From contig NC_087245.1 in NCBI RefSeq assembly GCF_037042905.1, positions 7,380,001-7,444,000 of the forward strand: a stretch of DNA of 64,000 bases, in the 5' to 3' direction. The notes under the pieces were generated by a model. That model made no database searches. It saw only the letters and a program-made list of their open reading frames with translations, and was not told where the DNA came from. This document shows positions 37,167-48,797 of the stretch, in pieces; position 1 is the stretch's first letter, and each line of letters opens with the position of its first letter. Origin of the DNA: Lytechinus pictus (taxonomy: Eukaryota). The translations under genes were made by a program, and so were the position numbers.

Positions 37167-38195
37167 TCATTGGCTATGATGGTTTCCACCCACTGCTCCA
37201 AAGACTCCATCTACTTCAATTTCACTTTCCATATCGCTATCTTTATCATCGTTTCTATGGTGTGTCTGTTGGTGAGTTGGTTGTGGGGTTACTTTTTCCT
37301 GGAGATTTGATCCAATGTCTGTTTCCTGGAATTCTATTTTGTCACTTTTTCCACTTACTTTTCTAGACTGGTTTCTCTTCCAACTAGTGACAATCTGGCC
37401 TTGACGGATCACCAAATCTTGTTCCCCATTCTCTCTTCTCTGTTTCAGTTCTTGTCTTAGTTTCCAATTTTCCTCACGTTGTTGCCTTGTCATGTCCGGT
37501 GATATATACGTATCTTTCCACTTGGTAGTTTGTTTAAGTTTCTTGGCGGCTGAGAGGATTTCGTTTCTCATGCGTGGGCTCTCTAAATGGACCAGTAGAG
37601 CTCTGGGTTTTGATGTTGATTCTTGCGTGGCATCGTCACGCTGCTTCCTTCCCAGTCGAATTGCTTTGGTTATCTTGGTGTTGTGCACATTGAGACCACT
37701 CCTTGTAATGTCCATAACTGCTTTCATATCCTCTGCTACTCTGTCATGTATTTGGTCATGGCGAGACTCAGGTACATTGTAGAAAACGACATTGTTCTTT
37801 CGTCTTTCTCTGTCTACTAATTCCTCCATTGTAGTCATACTCACAACATTCCCTATCTCATATCTTGGGACTATTCCTTCTCCATCTTTTTCATTGACAT
37901 TAGCATTGCCATTGTTGATATTGGAGTCTTTCTTAGTATGAACATTAGGTCTTTGAAGTATAGTGATTTTGTTCTTTGATCCCTGTGCATTTACATTGCC
38001 GACAGACTGTTTACATGCATCAGCATATGACTGTTTGATTTTTTTCACGCCATCGTCCAACATCTCTTTCATTGAATCTTGAGCCTTTTTCAGAATTTTC
38101 CCGACAGCTTCATTCACTTCACTTTCGACATCCTTGCACATACTCTTGGAAGTGATTTTATATCTTATTCTGGCTTTGGCTGCTTCAATCTCCAA
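37167..38195 (-). CDS. CR1 ORF1 protein, N-terminally truncated
   Basis: ERRKNNVVFYNVPES, IRLG, PRALLV and YISPDMT motifs typical of LINE ORF1; the called start is TTG at the insertion junction. Confidence 0.85.
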   Translation of the reverse strand: MEIEAAKARIRYKITSKSMCKDVESEVNEAVGKILKKAQDSMKEMLDDGVKKIKQSYADACKQSVGNVNAQGSKNKITILQRPNVHTKKDSNINNGNANVNEKDGEGIVPRYEIGNVVSMTTMEELVDRERRKNNVVFYNVPESRHDQIHDRVAEDMKAVMDITRSGLNVHNTKITKAIRLGRKQRDDATQESTSKPRALLVHLESPRMRNEILSAAKKLKQTTKWKDTYISPDMTRQQREENWKLRQELKQRRENGEQDLVIRQGQIVTSWKRNQSRKVSGKSDKIEFQETDIGSNLQEKVTPQPTHQQTHHRNDDKDSDMESEIEVDGVFGAVGGNHHSQ

Positions 38196-40989
38196 ACTTT
38201 CATCTCCAAATGTGGGAGATTGTCTCCCCTATTGGAGAGAGTCTCCCATATTGGCCATGCGCCTCTACTGATGCCTGGCTTGATAAGTTGATTTTTCTGT
38301 GCGCGGCGGCATGTAATGAACCCGCCTTGGGCCAAGCCGGCTTGGGTGGTTACAATACGTGTGTGTTAGAAGTGCATCGTATTACCGAACACTTTTCATG
38401 AATTCAATCATATCAAACACATTATTCTCATAAAATTCATCAAACTTTCATCATAAATACACAATTAGGGCCTAGGCCTAGGCCTACCTACAATTACAAA
38501 ATATAAATATGTTAACATTTTGCCGAAATCATTTTTCTTTTTTACAATATTAGCTTCCAATCGGACCCCTCTTCGGCTTCGCATGTGAAATATTTTTGTC
38601 ACTTGAAGTTGAAAAAGGTATCGTATTACCGAACGTGTGTTTTCTATGGGGAAAATTGAGAAAACAAAATCACTGATGAGCTACTTTGACCATATTTTAA
38701 TATTTTTAGAATATCAAGACTTTGAAAATGTGTTTTTGACCATTTTTCATCATCCTAAGTTCTATTTAAGTTTCCTGGCTTTGGCTTTGGAAGGATGTTG
38801 CAAAGTTTTGAGCACTATGAAATTATTTTCTGACGCGTACGATGCGCGCGTTCGGTAATACAAGGCCAGTCGGTAATACAAATTACAATCACTCACTATA
38901 CGTGTACGGCAGTGTATCCTATAGACCTTATCGCAAATAGATTCACGCAAAGGATCATGGGATCATAAAGGGAGCAATAGTGCCGCCATTGTCCGGATGC
39001 GACCATGCGAACGCAAGCAGCCGACAATAAAGTGTACGATTTTCATAGTGTATCAAGACAAAATACGATCGACGCCCTCGCCGCAGCCAACATTTTGCTA
39101 ACTTCCAGTAAACGCCTCGTCATATTTCTTGTTCAAGAGTCTAACATCACTTTTCCTCTTAATTATGGGTGGCAGAGATAGATGTGCTGTCTATAGCTGC
39201 AAGAATTACCACAGATTTTATGAAGACAAGTGCAATTTTGTTTCATTTTCGCGCACTGTGCGTATTCTGAGCTGTGCAGCTTAGTCTTGAGGACGCAATG
39301 ATGATGACTTTTTAAATACTGTCATAATCATATACTTCTTCATCATTGACGTCTTGACACTCCATAGTCTCAATACAATAGAGAAGGTCCAAAACAAAGA
39401 TGGATTTCCCGAGGAAATCCATCTTTTAAAACATAAATGAATTTAAATTTATGAATTTTATTGATTTCTACACCTTCCTAAACCTAATGCGTAGGAAGGT
39501 TTAAAAAAATCTTCGGTAGAAATGATACAAAATGAACATTTCTTACTACCTCGGGCGATGTTCGTGCAGGCTCCACTTCACTACCGCTACACTCCGCTCC
39601 ACCCACCCGAACATCGGGACCGTGAACCATTTCAGATATAACGAGTCACAAAGGTGGGATGGCAATCATGATAATCGTAAAAATTAAGCAAAAAATATAT
39701 AACGAAAAAGACGATTGACTTAATATCTTACTCTACACCCGTATTTCACTCCGTTTCCATCCTCCGGTTATCCTCAAAATTGGTGATTTTGGGCCAGTAT
39801 CTTTTTCCTCACACGACTATTATTCACGGCCGATTTCAAAACATCGCATGTGTTCCGCTGAGCTGAACTCCTTTGGCTCCACTCAGCAATGAATTAGTGT
39901 GATTAACGTTACACTAACAGTTACAGAGACCGAAGTTCTAACTCGATCTGTACTACAGTACAGGGAGTCAATGGCCATATGTTTATGTAAGTTCGGATAA
40001 ACCAGGGACTTGAGGGAGTGGGAGTTGTGATTGCGAGACAGCCGAAAAAAGTCACTGTTAGTGTTACACTGTTGTTGATCATTGTGGGTCTTTTCCACAT
40101 CCAAATAATCTCCTCGGTATACTCTCAGTGTGTCTGTCACAAGGTTGATGAGCTGCTAGGTACTATTTGCTGTTTACACTGTTTTGGGGTTGTTTTTTTT
40201 CCTTCTAACATGTTTAAATTTATGATTCCCGTTATGGTGCATTTCAGGCCAAAACGGAATATAATGTTGATTTTGGTCCAGTTCTTTTTATATATTTTTA
40301 TGAAATAAAGACAAAAATCGATGAGCAACGTTGGCCGTCAGGGGGAATGTTAAAAAAACTCCTCAAAACAGACGGCTGCCAGCTGTCTACCAACCGTGTT
40401 GCATCGCACTTGCCGAATAGATTCTATGGCAAGTTCCGCCCCCCTTGTCTGCGCATGCGTACATGTATCTGCGCGATTCTAGCAAAAGAAGATAGGCAAT
40501 GAACACAGATTTTAGACATCTAATACATAGATATTTATTACAAAATCTGACTCAAAACAGTAGAAGATAATGAATTTTGGGCATTTCATGTGATGCATCC
40601 TTTCTCATCAAAATCCTCGAATCGTGTCCAAAGTGAATGGGTGCGCAGACATTGGGTACTTTTTTTTTTTTCAATCTGAAAATGACTGCCCAATGTTTTT
40701 TCCAAAGAAAATCCTTTATTTTTTTCAAATTTTTATGAGATATTTGGTACACTTACTCATGATAATATTAGGAACATTATTAACTGAAAGATTTTGTAAA
40801 ATAAAAAGAAATTCATGTTTAATCTGAACTCAAATTGTTAGGTGCGCAGACTTGGGGACCGCCATCATACCCCTCCACGAAAAACTACATGTACCTCAGG
40901 CGAGGGTTTGCATAGGCTCAACTACACTTCACTACCGCTACCCTCCCCCTCAGGTGATAAATAGAGTAAAGTCCCCAAAGGCAACATAT

Positions 40990-42320
40990 GGGCAAGTCCA
41001 AGAAAAGGTCACCCCAGAAGGCAAAATTTCATCTTTAATTTAAGAAATTATCTTTGGTGGGGTAAGATCTTTAATTTAAGAAGTTATCTTTGGTGGAAAG
41101 AAAGAAAGAAAGCCCAAATGTTGAATTATAAAATTTCATTAAGAAAAATTTGATAATATGCATATTTATGCTAATTTTGGGCATCTAATTTGCATAATTT
41201 GTAAAAAGGGCGTTACGTATGGGACAATTATAAAAACTCATAGAAAATCAAAACAAAACTTGTGAGATTTAGTCATAGGTGGGACATGGACTCCCTAACA
41301 TCTTATTACTTTTGGGGGGAAAAGTGGTCTCATCTAATTAAATATGCAAATTAGGTCTTGTCCAAGGATGGAATGTCCCATACGTAACATTTTGAGGATT
41401 TTTTAAAAGTTATTTCTCATAATACAGTACTTGAATTGTTGCATCTCTGGGAAGTTCTAATTTATTAAGTATGAAAATGTTATACCACAAAAAGCTTCAA
41501 AAATATAGTTTACTTTTTAATTAAAAGTTAATTAAAAAATTGTTACGTATGGGACATTTACACACAATGTCAATTGGGAGATTTGTGTACAAAGTGAAAG
41601 GAGAAAAACAAATTTCAAGAGTGCTCTAAAAAGTGATTATTTACCTTTTCTTTAGTTTTTAGAGACTGATTTGTTATGAATACTGATTTATGAAAACAAT
41701 CGAAGCAAAAAAATTGTGAAAATTGAAAAATATGAAAAAATAAAAAACAATAGAAATACATAGGAAGTTCATGAAACCGTGTAAAACAAGAAGAAAAATT
41801 GTTGAAATGGCTAATTTCCTTTTCAGTCATATCAAATATGTCTCAGTAGAACATTTTAAAAGAAAAAAACTCTTTGCTATTTCCATATATATTTCAAATT
41901 ATTTTAATTTTTGAAATTATGGGGAAAATTGTGTACGTTCTCTATGGGGACAAAATGTCCCATACGTAACATGTCATTAATTTGTTTAATTAGAGTCTGT
42001 AATTAGAGGGATTTGGCTTATGACATGAAACTTGCCTTAGATATACTGGAGTGTTGTGACTTCTATCACTAAGTTACAAGTTGTCAAATGAAATACTTTC
42101 AGAGAATTCTCAACTTTTTTCTGTGTACCATACGTAACGGCACATCTTTTCTCTCTAATACGTCAATGTCATATGTCACCATTTTTTGCATCCTTATTCT
42201 TCTAGATGTCTACCATCATGAGGGTATTCAATCTAATCAAAGTCATTAAACACTTTTTTCAGGTCATTAAAGCCTCTGAAATGTCCCATACGTAACGTGC
42301 GCGAATTCTTGGACTTGCCC
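40990..42320. mobile_element. Sola-like non-autonomous element
   Basis: ATAT-GGGCAAGTCCAAGAA ... TTCTTGGACTTGCCC-ATAT (4-bp AWWT TSD); internal GTTACGTATGGGACA motifs in both orientations. Confidence 0.75.
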
Positions 42321-43451
42321 ATATCAAGACCTAAACATACATTCAGCTTACTCTACACTACAGTTTACTAAATTTACCATTTGACACAGACTCACTCCTT
42401 GCCCTTCCTTGAAAACGTCTCAAAATCGGTGATTTGAAGCCGGTTCTCGATTCATCACACGTATTAAGTTATCTGTCGAATCGAAAATGGCGAATTGTGC
42501 ATGCGCAGCCGGAGGTCACATGGTACATGTAAGGTCAAAGTTCATTTTCAGGTCAACGTTAAAGTTTCCGTGCAAGACTCTTATGACACATAACTCTGCA
42601 ATCGTAAATCACTTTTCAACCAAACTTGGATGGTAGATGTACTTAGGGGACCTGCATGCTATTGTGTTGGGAGGTCACATGGTATGGTCAAAGTTCATTT
42701 TGAGGTCAACATTAAAGTTTACGTCCAAGACTCTTATGACAAGTGTTATTCCATCCCGGTCATTTCACAATGAAGTTTCGATACAATTCTGTTGCGTTCC
42801 CCCCCCAAAAAAAAAATCACAATATTTTTGGTTATTTTCATAAGTGGGCGAGACACAAAATTGCTTTTTCCTTGTATTCACCAGAGCGCTCTAAAACTGG
42901 AATTTTTGGCATATTTTTGTGTATGCCCTCTATTGGTGAAAAGTAATATTGCAAGAAAATGTTTCAATCTCTATTTTTAATTTAGAAAAAAAAAGAATCA
43001 ATTTAACTTAAAAGCCAAGTTATATGATGAATAACTGGAAAGGAAACTGACATTGTAAAAAAATCAAGCATTTGTCCCAAAGAGAGAGAAAATAAGCCAA
43101 ACATTGCCAACCTTATTTTGCCACACAGGGAGTAGTAACAGTGAACAAGGTTGTATCAAAACCTTGTTCATTGAATGAGTGAGAAATTCCGCTGTTTCTG
43201 AGTTTTTCAACATTTTCTGATTTTTTTGGTCCTTCTACACAGACAGATGGCGGCCATTGGGCTTCTAATTATGGTGGAGCAAGCAACTGCCGCTTAACTA
43301 CAGTGTCTATAGAGAAAGGGTGCCGTTTTGCACCCTCCTCGATTATTCCTAAATTTTGCTTTTTGACATGGGGAAAAAGGAAGAAATAATAAAGATACAT
43401 GTATTCCTATCAAATACAATTTATAGCTTATCACCTTTCTGAAAAATAGCA

Positions 43452-43594
43452 AATTTTGATGACAGACAGGTTCTTCTTCGATCGCCGACAGTTTAGCTGA
43501 GCCGATTGGCTTGCATTTTCATACGCTCAGCTGTAGCTGCGCTGACAGCGATCGAAGAAGAACCTGGCCGATCCTGATCTGTTTGTCATCAAAA
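43452..43594. repeat. Imperfect inverted repeat
   Basis: ttttgatgacagacaggttcttcttcgatcgc..agctgagc is mirrored by gctcagct..gcgatcgaagaagaacctg..tgtttgtcatcaaaa. Confidence 0.75.
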
Positions 43595-44329
43595 CTCACC
43601 TTTTTTCGGCATATTTTTCGGAAAGGTCGTTTAAAATTTTTTGTTTGTTCATTTTATAAAATAATCATCGACACCTTAAACCTGAAAATTTAAAGTTTCA
43701 GAAAGGCCATACAACCTCAGATCTCAGAAAGGAGAAAAATAGAGCATCTTTATGTGCTGTAAAATACCGTACAGTAACAGGAACTTGATCAGCTGTATGT
43801 CACATGCACCTAGTATACACATCTTGTGGGTAAACTGCCATGCGCAAACAAAATTTCATGAACATTCAACAATTAAAGTTCTGACAACGATAAAATTATC
43901 TAAAAAATATCAAAATGAAGACCCCTAAAGAGATCCGAGAATATGACAAAATTTGCAATGAGCTTTCAAAATCTTCCTGTTAGCAACAAATGTGAGCTCA
44001 TTTTAAGCAGATATTGTTGGATTTCAGTGCTTTATCTGATAATGAAATATATCAAGTCTATTGATATATTGTATTGTATTACTGAAGAAGGGTGATTTTA
44101 AAGTGATCATTGAATAACAAGGCCAGAAATATCCTGGGACTATTAGCGTTTATCACCTTTAGTAAACAGTAAGCCTGAGTCGAATCGATTTTAAAATTGG
44201 TGTTCGATCGATGTCATCGAACGCCGGTGCAGATTTTGCAAAATCGGTGCATCGAAAAAAAAAAAAATTATGTCGGCCGGCCGATTCATTTGGTTCACCC
44301 AAACATCAAAATAAACAGTAATATCCAAC

Positions 44330-45140
44330 TTGACTACCGTAAGTAACGGTGTATTAACCGCACCTTTTTCTCGGCGGGATATAAGCAAAAGTCGGGGGTG
44401 CGGTTTATCCACGGTGACGGGTCTGAGCCCGCCCGCGTAACCCCTCCCGAACATGGAAGAAGTCTGCCAGTTCACAACACATCGAGTGGCCGGGCGTAGC
44501 CGCCCAGGGCAATGTCGTTTAGAGGGGTATGAGCCGCGGGTAATGGGAAGCGATTATTACGATCTTAATCAAATAGTGTCCATAACAAATGCACCCACCT
44601 TCATGACACTAATTTCGACTTTATTCTCGATTCAAAGCAGCGAAGTTCCCTGGCTAAGTTCAAAGAGACGCCAAGCATTCTCGGTAATAATTTGTCACAG
44701 CTGAGCAAGAGCCGAGAGCTAGCTTGCGTTGTATTGTGGTTTTAGTGCGACTTAAGCTGGCGCTATTCATTTTAACCCCTCAAAGTCCCGTTTCGCGCGC
44801 GCCAGCTTATTTTTTTCTTTCCTGTTTGCTTTTCATAAGATACCATGTACACCGTGCACCACGTATGAGAGAGACGGCACGAAGCCGTAAAACAACTGGA
44901 AAAAATGCCAATTTCTTTGTTTCTTGAACCTTCCTGTAATCCCGTATCCAAAATTCATGCTAAGCCATCGAATGCTAGACAAATTCTGAAAGTGATTGTG
45001 AGGTTGTGATGCAAGAAATGTGAAAGACAGTTCACAATTTGATAAGATGTACTGTACTGGTACTCTGGTAGTGGTACCGTATCGAAGTTTGCAATGTACA
45101 TGAACGGCAGTGCTGTGTGTGTGTACACTGTGACTGTGAG
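44330..45140 (+). promoter_or_regulatory. CpG-rich promoter-like region and candidate non-coding first exon
   Basis: High CpG density; E2F-like GGCGGGA (~44372) and TTTCGCGCG (~44791); TCATTT Inr-like motif (~44767); strong donor GAG|GTGAGT after 45140. Confidence 0.45.
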
Positions 45141-46667
45141 GTGAGTGAGTGTGTAAGTGGCCAATATTGTCGGGACCTTTCTTTCTTGCTAACATTTGTA
45201 GATGAATTGATCAAGAACAGCAGATTTCCGCATACCGGTAATCTCTTTGAATACTTTGAAATCTTTAACTTAGTTTTTGTTTCTTCGTACCTCAAATATG
45301 CATGTAAATGTGAGAAGGATTTTTTTTTTTTTTTTTTTAGTCCAAAGTTGGGGGTGCGGTTAATACACCGTTACTTACGGTACTACTTCATTTATATTGC
45401 CCCCAAAATGAAACCGATTTTGTAATTATGATGCCTATTCACCATTAATTTGAAGTTTATTTCGATCATAGTTCGAGTCTTACTCGTCTGCCCGGCTCGT
45501 CTGCTCGTGCCGAGATAATTTATGCACGATGAATTTATGAATGGAATTCGCCATTGATCGTGCATGCGCAGTACCGGTACTGTGCTTTAATCAAATCAGA
45601 AAATGGCCGGAAATTGACGCGATCAACGTAAAGTAAATCTTGCTTTTTCATGAACAATATTAATATCATGACCATAGAACATGATTTAATCGTAATATTT
45701 AACAACAATTTGCATATGATAATCATTATTATGAATTTAGAGCTTGATGTGAAACGTTTGTATTTTGTATCAATTTTCAATGACGGACATCACATGAAGA
45801 TCGACTCGAGTGAGTGCACTTGTCTAGAAAAATAATTATCACGTCAGGATTGATTCTCGAACATTGTCAACATGCAGAAACTCTTTTCAAGATTGTAATA
45901 TCACCATATAATAACATTTTACATGACAAAACAGAGAAAATTGCGTTTGATATTTTTTCCCATCAATTTGAAGCTTGTTTGTGCCCAACTTTTGGCTCTG
46001 ATTTCATGAATGGAAAATATGTCAGACGTCATCGAATGCGTATGCGCATTGTGCTTCTTTTCTCGGAGACGTCCAGAGATAGAATAAAAATAAAAAATAA
46101 TGCCAGTATAATACTATTAATTCTTCCATATGAACATAACATACTTTGCTGACATCAATATTTTTAGTATGGCCATAAAATCTTATTAAATCGTAATTAT
46201 TTAACATCCAATAATAATTTATATGAATTAAGACTTTTAGAGCTCGATCCGAGACATTCGTATTTATTTCGATCACAAGCTCTTGTGTCTAAAAAATGGA
46301 TTATCATTATCAGGATTAAGTCTCGAACATCGCTAGAACTCATATTCCTCAATCTTTCCTCACAATCGTTATATCAGCATTGAATACCAATTCAAATGAC
46401 CATCCAGAGAAAATTACGTATTTATTCCCATCCATTTATTTGGAGCTAATTTTGGATCCAACTACACAATCTCAGGCAAGTTACAGCGCTCTCCCCGCTG
46501 TTTGCACTTGTTAGATGGTGCTGGCAAGCACGCCTGTCGTTTCGGGAGAGTGAGTGTACGGGGCTGGTGTGTGCGAGTCTGGACTGCGAATGCTAGTTGA
46601 CCGAAAATCGTTCGGATCGACTCTGAGGGATTCATGTCTTTAATAATATTGTTTCCATTTTAAACTT

Positions 46668-48372
46668 ATATTAGGAGTGGGCTATACAAGGGTCAAAAAT
46701 ACTTTTTTGTAATTTCAATATGACAACAGTTTTTTTTTATTCCTTGTAATGTATCTCAACATGAAATGACAATATTTTTTGTCTCGGGTCCGAGAAAAAA
46801 GTGTGCCGGGCCAAAATCCAAAATGGCCGCCAAACCCCCCCAAAATCACAGTTTTGGCCACAACTTCTTTATTTGGTGGTCTTTTTCTCTGGTTTTGGTG
46901 TCTATTCATATGCTTTGGGGGGCAGACAATTAGTTTTTCCTATGATTAGTACTTTTAAACTATTATTTGTAGAGTTAAAAGGTAATTATACCTAAATTTT
47001 CAAATTTTTATATTTCTTTTCAGCCAAAAAGTAGGTTTTATCGTCCTGGGGTTCTTGGATATTAGATGGTACGAGGTCAACAATAGAAAGCAGCTTCATA
47101 TAGCTATATTGCTTTTATTCCTCTACTTTGGGTTTTACGGATATTTGTGAAATATATATCTTATTAAATAAAAAAATGTCAATTATCTATTGGGCCTATA
47201 CAGTACATGTATACAATGTACTGTACATACTGCACTGCATAAATGCATTGGCCACCATGACAGCTAACAAGGCCTGTATAAACTAGTGTCATAGAAATGA
47301 GCTCTCAGGTTTAGAGTTAGATGCCTCAGAAATTGAAGATAAGTTTTGTCTCAGAAATTGAGGACGTTTTGTCAAATATGCTAATTCAGGGGGCGGAGAG
47401 AGGTAATTAACCAGACATCATGGCATTTTAGCTATTTTGGTCCCCGTTGCATAAAAATTTACCATTATGTTAACTTAACTTAATGGTAACTTGCATGGAA
47501 TCCGTGATTCTGATTTGCTGTTGATCAGCATTACCATGATAGTTAACTGACCCCATAAATATAGGCAAGTTTAGACACCATAACCAGGAAAAAAAGCCTC
47601 CAAATGGAGAAGATATGGTTAAAAATATGATGTATGTATATATGATATGTGATATTTTTGTGAATTTACGTTGCTGGTTTCATCATGTATTATACATCAG
47701 CTGACAAGCAATCAAATTCACAATCTAATTCTAAACATTAGGAGCTCATTTCTATGACACTATATAGTTTATGTCCATTTTATATGTCATGGTGGTCAAT
47801 GCATGTATATATGCAGTGTAGTATGTACAGTAAATTGTATACCGTATAGCCCCTATGGATAAATGGCATTTTCTTTTATTTGATAAGATATATTTCACAA
47901 ATATCCGTAAAACCCAAAGTACAGGAATAAAAGCAATAAAGCTATATAAAGCTGACCGCTACTGTTCAACTGGTATCGTCTAATATTTAAGAACCACATA
48001 ACGATGAAACCTACTCTTTGGCTGAAAAAAATGGCTTTAAAAATTTGTAAATTTAAGTAAAATCACCTTATAACTCTACAAATAATGATTTAAAAGTACT
48101 AAGTTTAGGAAAAACAAGTTACCTGCCCCCAGAAACATATGAATAGACACCAAAACCAGAGAAAAAGACCATCAAATAAAAAAGTTGTGGCCCAAAATGT
48201 GATTTTGGGGGGTTTTGGCGGCCATTTTGGATTTTGGCCCGGCACACTTTTTTCTCGGACCCGAGACAAAAAATATTGTCATTTCATGTTGAGATAAGGT
48301 AAAAGGAACACAAAAAAACTGTTGTCACAGTACAACAAAAAATCACCCATTTATAGCCCACTCCTACTTATA
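46668..48372. mobile_element. Foldback element with ~640-bp inverted arms, nested in the hAT-like element
   Basis: 46668-47304 is the reverse complement of 47742-48372 (e.g. TAGGAGTGGGCTATA / TATAGCCCACTCCTA and GTGTCATAGAAATGAGCTC / GAGCTCATTTCTATGACAC). Confidence 0.9.
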
Positions 48373-48797
48373 TGTTATCATCTGCAAATATCATTGTTGA
48401 AGATATTTTGGGAAGAATTCTGCATTGCTCCCTGGCCTTTTTTGTGTTTTGTGATCATGGAAAATACAAACGAACTTTGCTCTGTCATCTGCTTTTGCAA
48501 CGCTCACCCGACCAGCGCAGACCGTCAGTGCATGCATCGACGGCCGGCCGGAGCAAAAAAAAATGACTCGATTTTCTCCGCCTTCAAATTTCGATCCATC
48601 GATGTTCGATCGAATTAAAGCTGTCGAACACCGGTTTTCAAAATAATCGATATGACTCGGGCTTAGTAAACAGTATATTCTCATTTACATTTGTATCCCA
48701 TATATTGTCACGATTTTATTGATTTTTCTTCCTGTAATTTCTTTCACATTATAGAACTTACAAGTGCCATCTGATTAAACAAAACTAATCAACCAGA

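Larger units (their letters stand above)
34136..38199 (-). mobile_element. CR1-clade LINE, 5'-truncated within ORF1
   Basis: ORF1 and ORF2 separated by 9 nt; ~100-nt 3' UTR with an AGGC-CACC-GCCT stem-loop; (GAT)n tail; TCATC at both junctions. Confidence 0.92.
33731..38270. mobile_element. TIR element with a 5-bp TSD, hosting the CR1 insertion
   Basis: AGTAGAGGCGCACGGCCAATATTGGAGAC / GTCTCCCATATTGGCCATGCGCCTCTACTG; ATGCC on both flanks (33726-33730, 38271-38275). Confidence 0.7.
44170..48665. mobile_element. hAT-like non-autonomous element, 4.5 kb
   Basis: TIR TAAGCCTGAGTC / GACTCGGGCTTA; perfect 8-bp TSD GTAAACAG (44162-44169, 48666-48673); ATCGAT/TTCGA subterminal repeats at both ends. 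Confidence 0.85.

Noticed and set aside
32188..40500. Possible outer TIR pair ATTGCCTCTTATC / GAAGATAGGCAAT
   Set aside because: Only 7 terminal bases match exactly and there is no convincing TSD
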